Shown: positions 16,112 through 24,335, counted from the first letter of the stretch. The stretch is 32,000 bases of DNA from Croceivirga radicis (GCF_002072105.2 NZ_MTBC01000004.1:250913-282912), one strand, 5' to 3'. Made by a program: numbers and translations. The notes: generated from the sequence alone by a model not told the origin.

Positions 16112-17779
16112 ATGGCGAAGAATCTAAAAAATGTTGCGCTAGCACTAGTTGTATTGGTTGGTTTAAATGTATTAGCCGCGTTAGTATATACTCGAATTGA
16201 TTTAACGGAAGATAAGCGCTATACATTATCTGCAGCTGCAAAGGAAACGGTAATTCAATTTGAAGCACCAGTAATCGTGGACATTTTATTGGAAGGGAAC
16301 TTACCTTCTGAATTCAATCGTTTAAAAAATGAAACCCTGTTGCTCTTAGACCAATTTAAGGCAGAAAACAGTAAAATTTCATATAACCTGGTTAATCCAT
16401 TAGAAGGTGTAACCAATAAAGAACAAACCCTAGTAGAATTACAGAATTTGGGTTTGAAACCAGCTTCTGTAACCATTAACCAAGATGGTAAAACATCTCA
16501 AGAATTTGTCTTTCCTTGGGCCATGATAAACTATGGTAACAAAACGGTAAAAGTTCCTTTATTAAAAAATAAACTTGGGGCCACACCAGAGGAACGCATC
16601 AATAACTCCGTACAAAATTTGGAATATGCTTTTGCTGATGCTTTTACCAAATTAACCACCACGAATAAAAAGAAAATTGCAGTTTTAAAAGGTAATGGAG
16701 AATTAGCAGATCAATACCTAGCCGATTTTCTAACTTCCATAAAAGAATATTACAACATAGGGGCCATTACCTTAGATTCCGTGAGTGCTAATGCCAATGG
16801 TGTTTTAGCGCAATTAAATGGTTTTGATATGGCCCTAATTGCCAAGCCTACATTGCCCTTTAATGATCAGGAGAAGTATGTATTGGACCAATACATGGTA
16901 CAGGGTGGTAAAACCTTATGGTTATTAGACCAAGTGGCCATGGAAATGGATAGTCTATACAACGATACGGGTAGCGCTATTGCGCTTCCTTTTAATTTGG
17001 AGCTAGACGATTTGTTGTTTAAATATGGTGTACGTGTTAATCCCGTCTTGGTGAACGACTTGTATAACACACCAATTGTAATGGCGAATGGTAGTGGAAA
17101 CGACAGCCAATATAATCCGTATCCTTGGCCCTATAATCCTATGGTTTTTTCAAGGGAAAACCACCCCATTAACAAAAATATTGAAGCCGTACGGTTGCAA
17201 TTTGCAAACGGTATAGATACGTTGTCCAATGCCTACAAAAAAACCGTTTTGCTACAGGCTTCACCCCTTTCTAGAACAGAGGGCATACCTAAAGAAATTA
17301 ATCTGAATCTATTAGCAAATCCCCCTAAACAAGAAGACTATACACCCAATGCAGGTGCCCCTTTGGCCGTATTGATAGAGGGTAGGTTCACCAGTGCCTA
17401 TAAGAACAGGGTAAAACCCATTTTGCATCAAAATTCAGTAGAAGAAGGACCAAACAACAAGATGATCGTAATAGCAGACGGGGACATTGTTAAAAACCAA
17501 ATGGAGCGTGGAAGACCACTAGAGTTGGGCTTTGATAAATGGACCAACAGCTTTTACGGAAACAAGGAATTCTTGGTAAACTGCGTAAATTATTTGCTAG
17601 ATGATACAGGACTTATAAACATCCGAAATAAAAAAGTAAGTATTCCTGTATTAGACCCACAAAAAATTGCGGATACCAAACAAAAATGGCAACTTATAAA
17701 CACCTTATTACCAGTAAGTTTATTACTTTTATTGGGATTGATTTATAGTTGGTATAGAAAGCAAAGCTATAAAAGCTAA
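16112..17779 (+). CDS. gldG: Gliding-motility ABC transporter accessory protein GldG
   Basis: 555 aa with N-terminal and C-terminal TM anchors flanking a large periplasmic domain (RIDLTEDKRYTLS..., PYPWPYNP). There is a 2-nt gap after gldF. Confidence 0.85.
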   Translation: MAKNLKNVALALVVLVGLNVLAALVYTRIDLTEDKRYTLSAAAKETVIQFEAPVIVDILLEGNLPSEFNRLKNETLLLLDQFKAENSKISYNLVNPLEGVTNKEQTLVELQNLGLKPASVTINQDGKTSQEFVFPWAMINYGNKTVKVPLLKNKLGATPEERINNSVQNLEYAFADAFTKLTTTNKKKIAVLKGNGELADQYLADFLTSIKEYYNIGAITLDSVSANANGVLAQLNGFDMALIAKPTLPFNDQEKYVLDQYMVQGGKTLWLLDQVAMEMDSLYNDTGSAIALPFNLELDDLLFKYGVRVNPVLVNDLYNTPIVMANGSGNDSQYNPYPWPYNPMVFSRENHPINKNIEAVRLQFANGIDTLSNAYKKTVLLQASPLSRTEGIPKEINLNLLANPPKQEDYTPNAGAPLAVLIEGRFTSAYKNRVKPILHQNSVEEGPNNKMIVIADGDIVKNQMERGRPLELGFDKWTNSFYGNKEFLVNCVNYLLDDTGLINIRNKKVSIPVLDPQKIADTKQKWQLINTLLPVSLLLLLGLIYSWYRKQSYKS

Positions 17780-17818
17780 GTGTTAATAAATTAGTTTCTT
17801 AACGCCGTAGTTTTAAGA

Positions 17819-17826
17819 TATATTTG
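17819..17826 (+). promoter_or_regulatory. Candidate Bacteroidota -7 promoter box (TATATTTG) upstream of dnaN
   Basis: Matches the TAnnTTTG consensus. It lies 77 nt upstream of the dnaN ATG. No clean -33 TTTG partner was seen. Confidence 0.3.
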
Positions 17827-17902
17827 CTGTTAGCCATTTGTAAGCACTTTAGCTACGGCTAAAATTGAAAAATGTAGAAACCGGATTGCAAAAATCTATT
17901 TG

Positions 17903-19021
17903 ATGAAATTCATAGTATCTAGTACGTATTTATTAAAACAACTACAAGTTTTGGGCGGTGTAATCAACAATAGTAACACCTTGCCAATTTTAGATAACTT
18001 TTTGTTCGATTTAAAACAGAACAGCTTAACCGTATCCGCTTCTGATTTGGAAACCACCATGAGTTCCGTAATCGAGGTAGATTCAGATTCTGAGGGACTA
18101 ATTGCTTTACCGGCAAAATTACTATTGGACACCTTAAAAACGTTTCCGGAACAACCGCTAACCTTTGTGGTAGAAGACAACAATACGGTAGAAATTAGTT
18201 CTAACCATGGTAAGTATGCCCTAGCCTATGCAGATGGTGCAGAATTTCCTAAAGCAATAGAACTTACAGAACCTAGTTCTACTACTATTTTAGGCGATGT
18301 GTTGGCAACGGCCATCAATAAAACCATTTTTGCCGCGGGTAATGATGACCTACGCCCGGTGATGAGCGGAGTGTTTTTTCAATTTTCTCCAGAAAGCCTA
18401 ACATTTGTTTCTACAGATGCGCATAAATTGGTAAAATACCAGAGAGAAGATATTAGTGCTTCTGAGGTTGCAGAATTTATTATGCCTAAAAAACCTTTGA
18501 ATCTCTTAAAAGGAATTTTAGCTGGTTCTGAAAGCGAGGTAAAAATTGAATATAACGAAAGTAACGCCAAGTTTACGTTTGATAATAGTGAACTTATTTG
18601 TAGGTTAATTGACGGTAAGTACCCTAATTATGAAGCGGTAATACCAAAAGAAAACCCAAACGTGCTAAGCATATCCCGTTCCCAGTTTTTGAGTAGTGTA
18701 AAGCGTGTATCTATTTTCTCTAACAAAACAACCCATCAAATACGATTAAAAGTTGCAGGCGCGGAATTAAACATTTCTGCAGAAGATGTAGATTACAGCA
18801 ACAAAGCGGAAGAGCGTTTGTCTTGTGCATACCAAGGAGACGACATGCAAATTGGCTTTAACTCGCGCTTTTTAGTAGAAATGTTAAACAACCTTTCTTC
18901 TGATGATGTTACCCTAGAAATGAGCTTGCCCAACAGAGCGGGTATATTAACCCCCGCAGATGGTCTTGATGAGGGAGAAAAAGTAACCATGTTGGTAATG
19001 CCAGTTATGTTAAACGGATAA
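17903..19021 (+). CDS. dnaN: DNA polymerase III beta subunit (sliding clamp)
   Basis: MKFIVSSTYLLKQLQVLGGVI...LPILDNFLF...LTVSASDLE, running to a C-terminal MPVMLN. The ATG at 17903 is preferred over the adjacent TTG at 17900. Confidence 0.95.
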   Translation: MKFIVSSTYLLKQLQVLGGVINNSNTLPILDNFLFDLKQNSLTVSASDLETTMSSVIEVDSDSEGLIALPAKLLLDTLKTFPEQPLTFVVEDNNTVEISSNHGKYALAYADGAEFPKAIELTEPSSTTILGDVLATAINKTIFAAGNDDLRPVMSGVFFQFSPESLTFVSTDAHKLVKYQREDISASEVAEFIMPKKPLNLLKGILAGSESEVKIEYNESNAKFTFDNSELICRLIDGKYPNYEAVIPKENPNVLSISRSQFLSSVKRVSIFSNKTTHQIRLKVAGAELNISAEDVDYSNKAEERLSCAYQGDDMQIGFNSRFLVEMLNNLSSDDVTLEMSLPNRAGILTPADGLDEGEKVTMLVMPVMLNG

Positions 19022-19043
19022 TACCAAAAGAGATAATCTTCAT

Positions 19044-19072
19044 AAAAACCACCGTTTTCACGGTGGTTTTTT
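19044..19072. terminator. Bidirectional rho-independent terminator between dnaN and the convergent barrel gene
   Basis: AAAAACCACCG-ttttca-CGGTGGTTTTTT, with stem 19049-19054/19061-19066 and flanking A and T runs. Confidence 0.75.
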
Positions 19073-19080
19073 GTTTTATT

Positions 19081-20076
19081 CTATAACGTGTAATTCAAGT
19101 AAAATAGCAAACGCTGTTTTATTTTAACATCGTCTGCAAATAATTCTTGACGTAAGGGAATACCAATGTCCGCACCTACAACCAATCTTTTTAGACTCAA
19201 CTCTGCCCCTATTGTACCCAAATGCATATACCCATTGGTATCTGGTAATTGGTCTCCGTACTGTTCTATTTTTTGGAAAAAATCGCCACTTAACCCTACA
19301 AATGGGGCTAATACGTTTGTACCTACCAAAAAACCATTGAACACCTTGGCATTATAGCTTAGTTGGTCTCCAAATCGATACGCGTTCCTGTTTTCGCCTT
19401 TTAAAAAATAGCTTCCTGTAGCGTTAATCCCAAACATGTTCTTGCTATAGCTATAGCCAGCGGAAAAAATAGCATCGGTACTACCGGTACCCAATTGAAA
19501 ACCTGGATTTACCCTTTCCGTAAGTACTTGTTCAAATTCACCCGTTGGTAGCTTTATTCCCATTCCAAACCGTAGGGAATGACCTGTAAACACCGGCATT
19601 GAAATCCTGCTTGCATCAGCATCCTCATCTTGAATCTGGTTCTTTTTAAAATTTAGGGTATACCAACCTATTAAACTAATATCCCCTAGACCGTTCAACT
19701 GCTCCGTACGGTCTGTAAACTCCCTATTTAAATCTTGGTAGGGTACCGTTGCCGTAATATGAAAATTAGAGGCAATTGGTATTTTTGCCCATACTTGATA
19801 GGTATTAAAATGTTCCTGACTAGTAGGACTGTTCTCAAAAATACCATCCTTAGATTTAAACTGCTGATAACTATAGCGAACACCTATAAAGTTGGTATTA
19901 CCCAACGTTCCAAAGCCAAAATTCCCTCCCGTTGTGGCACAGCCACAGAAATCGCAATCAAATTTGTATGTTCCCAAAGGTTTCGGGCAAGGATTGGCAT
20001 TTGCCATAAATGCTACCAAAATAGAATAGAGAAATAGACTAAAACTCCGCAAACCTTTTGTCTTCAATAAATTCAT
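19081..20076 (-). CDS. Outer-membrane beta-barrel protein with a Cys-rich N-terminus (putative small-solute/metal channel)
   Basis: Signal peptide ...LFLYSILVAFMANA with an AxA cleavage site. The mature N-terminus is NPCPKPLGTYKFDCDFCGCATTGGNFGFG. After that come alternating amphipathic strands rich in G/Y/F, ending in an aromatic-rich terminal strand (LLFYLNYTL). Confidence 0.65.
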   Translation of the reverse strand: MNLLKTKGLRSFSLFLYSILVAFMANANPCPKPLGTYKFDCDFCGCATTGGNFGFGTLGNTNFIGVRYSYQQFKSKDGIFENSPTSQEHFNTYQVWAKIPIASNFHITATVPYQDLNREFTDRTEQLNGLGDISLIGWYTLNFKKNQIQDEDADASRISMPVFTGHSLRFGMGIKLPTGEFEQVLTERVNPGFQLGTGSTDAIFSAGYSYSKNMFGINATGSYFLKGENRNAYRFGDQLSYNAKVFNGFLVGTNVLAPFVGLSGDFFQKIEQYGDQLPDTNGYMHLGTIGAELSLKRLVVGADIGIPLRQELFADDVKIKQRLLFYLNYTL

Positions 20077-21088
20077 TATCCGTTAATGTTTTTAAAAATG
20101 CTATTATATTTTCCTTTTCAGTAATTGATAAGGGTATACCCAAACTTCCGTTACTATCTATTAAGCTTGGATCCACAGTACCATTGGCAACCATGCCATT
20201 GGCATAAAAATCCATTACCGCTTCCAAGGTTCCAAACCTACCATCATGCATGTAAGGAAATGTCAGTTCTATATTCCTTAAACTAGGCACCCTAAATTTG
20301 TAATGGTCCTCTTGAAATCCACTTACTCTTTTTCGGCCTTCTTCTTCAGGAAAATTTGGGTTCATGGGTAACCCATTGTTTCTGTAGCTTTGGTCCGTAA
20401 ACAATTCGCCTGCATGGCAATTAGCACATTTTTGTCTAAAAGTTTCTAAACCGGCCAATTCTTTGTCCGTTAGTATTTCGCCTTCTCCCCTACTGTATTT
20501 GTCATATCTACTGTTACCAGAAACCATTTGCAGCATAAATTGGGATAGTGCTTTCAATAATCGCTCACTATTTATCACATCATCTCCATAGGCTTTGGTA
20601 AACAATTTAGGATATTCTTTGTCTGCCCTTAACTTAGAAAGTACGTTAGGGATACGCTCGTTCATTTCCACCTCGCTCGTTATAGGAATTATTGGTTGCA
20701 GGTCTAAATGCGTAGCTGCACCATCCCACGTAAATTCATTAAAAAAAGCAAGATTATGCAAGGGTTGTGCGTTTCTAAATCCTTCCAATCCATTAACACC
20801 GTGACTCACCGTATGCCCATGATGCGTAAAGGAAAACGCCTGTTCATGGCAAAAACCACAGCTAACAACACCGGTAGAAGACAAGCTTCCATCATAGAAT
20901 AGTTTCTTACCCAATTCAAAACCTTCCTCGGTTAAAGGGTTTACCTCTAAATTGTAGGCAACCTCAGGAAAGTTGGTAGGTATAGAAAGTTCCATTGGTG
21001 TTGGTACCGCTATATATTCTTCCTCAGCGTTGTTTTGGCATGCTATAATTACCGCAACAACAGCTAATAGTACTATCCACTTTTGCAT
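20039..21088 (-). CDS. Di-heme cytochrome c peroxidase of the MauG/MbnH type (lipoprotein)
   Basis: Lipobox VIIAC. Two CxxCH motifs (SCGFCHEQ and CANCHAG). CCP/MauG signatures: LFYDGSLS, FRVPSLRNIELTFPYMHDGRFGTLEAVMDFY. Confidence 0.9.
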   Translation of the reverse strand: MQKWIVLLAVVAVIIACQNNAEEEYIAVPTPMELSIPTNFPEVAYNLEVNPLTEEGFELGKKLFYDGSLSSTGVVSCGFCHEQAFSFTHHGHTVSHGVNGLEGFRNAQPLHNLAFFNEFTWDGAATHLDLQPIIPITSEVEMNERIPNVLSKLRADKEYPKLFTKAYGDDVINSERLLKALSQFMLQMVSGNSRYDKYSRGEGEILTDKELAGLETFRQKCANCHAGELFTDQSYRNNGLPMNPNFPEEEGRKRVSGFQEDHYKFRVPSLRNIELTFPYMHDGRFGTLEAVMDFYANGMVANGTVDPSLIDSNGSLGIPLSITEKENIIAFLKTLTDNEFIEDKRFAEF

Positions 21089-21141
21089 TGCAATACCTAT
21101 TTACCTTCCCCTTGTTATTAGCAAGGAGAAGGTTTTATTTT

Positions 21142-21924
21142 TTAGTTATGCACGTGGTCTACCGTGAAGATTTTAGAAGTATTCACCGCTATTTGTGGCG
21201 ATTTTACAGGATCTACATGAATTTGTGCCTTATCTGCCAAATACAAGATTGTTTCTGCGTTTAGAACGCCTGCCAAATCTGCAACTATATGGATTTCTGG
21301 AGCTATGTCGGTTCGCAATTTGGCGGAAACTGGTAAATCTAGGGTAATTTCCTTATAATTATCCAAGGCGCTACCATGGCTTCCCATGTGTATGGCAAAA
21401 GCAGTTTCTTCTGTACTGCCATCAGAACTAAAACTTCCCTCATAACGAATAAATTTATATCCTGCTTGCCAAGACCATAACATACCCGCATCTGTTGCAA
21501 TAGCTAAAAAATCGCCCTGCCCTTCAGCTCCTTGAAGGTATTTCTCTTGGTCTACCCCAATACCAAAACTAATTTTCGTGTAATTACCAGCTGGCACGTT
21601 GGGTAAAGAAATAAAGCGAGAATCGTTATCAGATTCATCAATAACAAAAAGAGATTCGTCTTTTGGATAGGTAAATACCGTACCGTCTTCTTGCGTAACA
21701 CTTATGTTGCTCACAATGTATTTAAAGGTATCTATAGTTAAGCGTTCGGTACCATTTCCTGGGTAAGAGGTTCCCAATAACAAATCGGAACCTGCATAGG
21801 CATTATCAAATTCAATTTTTAAGGTGCCTTCACCTGATATTTGGTCCACCTTGTCATCATCCTTACTACAAGACATACCTATAATTAGCAGCATACCAAA
21901 TGCCGCATATTTTAAAACTTTCAT
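21142..21924 (-). CDS. MbnP-like lipoprotein (putative copper-binding partner of the adjacent peroxidase)
   Basis: Lipobox IIGMSC followed by SKDDDK. The 260-aa beta-rich protein carries FKYIVSNISV, GMLWSWQAGYKFIRYEG and FAIHMGSHG. I recall these as typical of flavobacterial MbnP-family proteins. It sits directly upstream of a MauG/MbnH-type peroxidase. Confidence 0.65.
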   Translation of the reverse strand: MKVLKYAAFGMLLIIGMSCSKDDDKVDQISGEGTLKIEFDNAYAGSDLLLGTSYPGNGTERLTIDTFKYIVSNISVTQEDGTVFTYPKDESLFVIDESDNDSRFISLPNVPAGNYTKISFGIGVDQEKYLQGAEGQGDFLAIATDAGMLWSWQAGYKFIRYEGSFSSDGSTEETAFAIHMGSHGSALDNYKEITLDLPVSAKLRTDIAPEIHIVADLAGVLNAETILYLADKAQIHVDPVKSPQIAVNTSKIFTVDHVHN

Positions 21925-21999
21925 TCAATTGTTTTTATATGTAAATAGTACTATTAAAGGCTAGTACAAAAAGCCTAAAAAATAAAGGGAAAGAAAGTT

Positions 22000-22392
22000 T
22001 TAACCTATTGGAGGTCTTAAATTGGGCGTACCTGCGTATTGTTCCCACATATCTTCTTTAAAGTAGTTGTTCAATACCTTTTTAAAGGTTAGTGTAGGTA
22101 GCCTAACACCGTACTCCTGTGGTACAAATAAGGGAACAAAAGCTTCTAGTAATGATAGTACAGCATGATCTGCCTGTTGCTCTTTTTTGCTTTGATCTGC
22201 AGCAGCCAACTGCTCCATAAGGTAACATTTACCATTACACTCTAGCTCTGGCCGTTCTTTATTAATACAGTAGTTTTCTATGAAATAGTCAATATTGAAT
22301 TGAAAATAGGAAAAGTACCCTACAAAGTAAGCGGGCCTTAATGCAAAGATAACTAAGAAGAAAATGGCCAAATACTTTTTTACCGCTCCCAT
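22000..22392 (-). CDS. Small single-pass membrane protein with a C-x9-C-x3-C motif (uncharacterised)
   Basis: The ATG at 22392 gives MGAVKKYLAIFFLVIFAL (TM helix), then NYCINKERPELECNGKCYLMEQL. The ORF-track start at 22401 is a TTG. I recognised no known domain. Confidence 0.6.
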   Translation of the reverse strand: MGAVKKYLAIFFLVIFALRPAYFVGYFSYFQFNIDYFIENYCINKERPELECNGKCYLMEQLAAADQSKKEQQADHAVLSLLEAFVPLFVPQEYGVRLPTLTFKKVLNNYFKEDMWEQYAGTPNLRPPIG

Positions 22393-22438
22393 TGGACACA
22401 AAATTAGGAGGTATTTAGGTTATAAAAAATATTTGGCG

Positions 22439-22446
22439 CAAACTTA
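22439..22446 (-). promoter_or_regulatory. Candidate Bacteroidota -7 promoter box (TAAGTTTG on minus strand) for the 22392-19081 cluster
   Basis: Matches TAnnTTTG. It lies 47 nt upstream of the ATG at 22392 and just after the DUF4870 gene stop. Confidence 0.3.
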
Positions 22447-22452
22447 TTTTGC

Positions 22453-22815
22453 CTAACCGATGAAACGGATAGTTAAGAACTGACTAGGTGCTTCGCCATT
22501 GGCAGCTTTTACGGCATTTACAATCGGCAGCACAAAACCTAATATTCCAACAAAAATTAGCGATAAAATGCCCAGACCAAATAAAAGTATGGCTGGTATA
22601 CTTATAAGGATATAAAGTAGCATACTTAGTTGAAAATTGATAATGGATTTACCATGCTCGTCCATACCTTCAACATCGTTCTTAGATGCCAACCATAGAA
22701 TTAACGGTACTATAAAACCGCCAAATCCGGTTACGTAGTGCAATAACTGACTTAAGTGGGTTATGGCCAAAAGCGTATTATCCTTACGCATTGCCTTTGT
22801 GTGTGTAATTGTCAT
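22453..22815 (-). CDS. DUF4870 family membrane protein
   Basis: From the ATG at 22815: ...LLAITHLSQLLHYVTGFGGFIVPLILWL...GKSIINFQLSMLLYILI... This gives three to four TM helices in the DUF4870/Tic20-like pattern. The TTG at 22854 was rejected. Confidence 0.7.
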   Translation of the reverse strand: MTITHTKAMRKDNTLLAITHLSQLLHYVTGFGGFIVPLILWLASKNDVEGMDEHGKSIINFQLSMLLYILISIPAILLFGLGILSLIFVGILGFVLPIVNAVKAANGEAPSQFLTIRFIG

Positions 22816-22901
22816 TTTGATTGATTTATTGATGAATACACTTATGTGACGCAATTTGTTTTAAAATGTTACAGCCCAGCTCTTATTTGTACTTTTGCAA
22901 C

Positions 22902-24272
22902 ATGTTATATGATGATACCATAATAGCCTTGGCCACCCCTTCTGGAATGGGTGCCATTGCCGTAATACGTATTTCTGGACCACAAGCAATTGAATGGGTA
23001 GATGCCCATTTTCAATCTATCCATAAGAAAAGACTGGCTACCCAAAAAAGCCATACTATACACCTGGGGTACATTAAAGATGGCGATAAGACATTAGACC
23101 AAGTATTGGTGTCCATTTTTAAAGGACCAAATTCGTACACGGGAGAACATGTTATAGAAATCTCTTGTCATGGTTCTATGTATATACAACAACAAGTAAT
23201 ACAGCTATTTTTAAAAAAGGGCTGCCGCATGGCTACAGAGGGCGAATTTACCCTACGCGCGTTCTTAAACGGTAAAATGGATTTGAGCCAAGCAGAAGCC
23301 GTGGCAGATTTAATTGCGTCAGACAGTAAGGCAAGTCACGAAATTGCATTACAACAAATGCGGGGTGGTTTTAGCAATCAAATACAAGAACTACGGGAAG
23401 AACTATTAAATTTTGCCTCTTTAATAGAGTTAGAATTGGATTTTTCCGAAGAAGACGTTGAGTTTGCGGACCGTACTCAATTTTTAAATTTATTAAACCG
23501 GATTACCGAAGTTTTAAAAGGGTTAATTGATTCTTTTGCCTTGGGTAATGTGTTAAAAGAAGGGATACCCGTAGCTATTGTAGGGGAACCTAATGTAGGT
23601 AAATCTACCTTGCTCAATGCTTTGCTAAACGAGGAAAGGGCTATTGTGAGTGATATTCCCGGTACCACTAGAGATACCGTTGAGGATCAAATAGCTATTG
23701 GTGGGGTTACGTTTAGGTTCATAGATACCGCAGGTATACGAGAAACAGAAGACCATGTAGAAAAAATAGGAATCCAACGGGCTTTTGAAAAAATTGAAAA
23801 AGCACAAGTGGTGCTCTATTTGTTTGAAGCCGGTAAAGATAAACTGGCAGAAATTAAACTGTTACAAGATAAATTTCCGCACAAACGTATTCTAGTTCTA
23901 GCGAATAAGGCAGAAAACCTTAATGAATCTGAAAAAACCAGCTTAAAAGAACGGTTACCAGAGGCCCTATTATTATCTGCCAAAACCGGCACGGGTCTTA
24001 AAGAGTTACAAGACACGCTTCTAGACCTAACCGTAAAAGGGCAATTGGGTAATAATAATACTATTGTAAGTAATAGTAGGCATTATGATTCTTTACTTAA
24101 AGCACTAGAAGAAATTACAAAAGTAAAAGAAGGTATGGACATAGGGCTAAGTAGCGATTTAGTAGCTATTGATATCAGAGAAGCCTTATATCATTTAGGC
24201 GAGATTACCGGCCAAGTTACCAATGACGAATTGTTGGGGAATATTTTTTCCAATTTCTGTATCGGCAAGTAG
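22902..24272 (+). CDS. mnmE: tRNA modification GTPase MnmE (TrmE)
   Basis: From the ATG at 22902: MLYDDTIIALATPSGMGAIAVIRISG. G-domain motifs GEPNVGKSTLLNAL, DTAGIRET and NKAE. C-terminal FCIGK. Confidence 0.95.
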   Translation: MLYDDTIIALATPSGMGAIAVIRISGPQAIEWVDAHFQSIHKKRLATQKSHTIHLGYIKDGDKTLDQVLVSIFKGPNSYTGEHVIEISCHGSMYIQQQVIQLFLKKGCRMATEGEFTLRAFLNGKMDLSQAEAVADLIASDSKASHEIALQQMRGGFSNQIQELREELLNFASLIELELDFSEEDVEFADRTQFLNLLNRITEVLKGLIDSFALGNVLKEGIPVAIVGEPNVGKSTLLNALLNEERAIVSDIPGTTRDTVEDQIAIGGVTFRFIDTAGIRETEDHVEKIGIQRAFEKIEKAQVVLYLFEAGKDKLAEIKLLQDKFPHKRILVLANKAENLNESEKTSLKERLPEALLLSAKTGTGLKELQDTLLDLTVKGQLGNNNTIVSNSRHYDSLLKALEEITKVKEGMDIGLSSDLVAIDIREALYHLGEITGQVTNDELLGNIFSNFCIGK

Positions 24273-24335
24273 GCTTACTAGAAAATATATGAATCGATGA
24301 TTCTCTGTTAGTTGAAAACATTATTTGTTAAAGAA

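Noticed and set aside
17804-17859. Inverted repeat GCCGTAG ... CTACGGC between gldG and dnaN, considered as a gldG terminator
   Set aside because: The 7-bp arms are separated by 42 nt and there is no T-tract. It overlaps the candidate dnaN promoter box. The evidence is not enough for a terminator or a structured RNA call.
21958-21976. AGGCT-(9 nt)-AGCCT hairpin between the small Cys-motif gene and the MbnP-like gene
   Set aside because: The stem is only 5 bp with a large loop, and it is followed by TTTAAT on the minus strand. That is too weak to call a terminator. I note it only as a caveat on co-transcription of the four-gene cluster.
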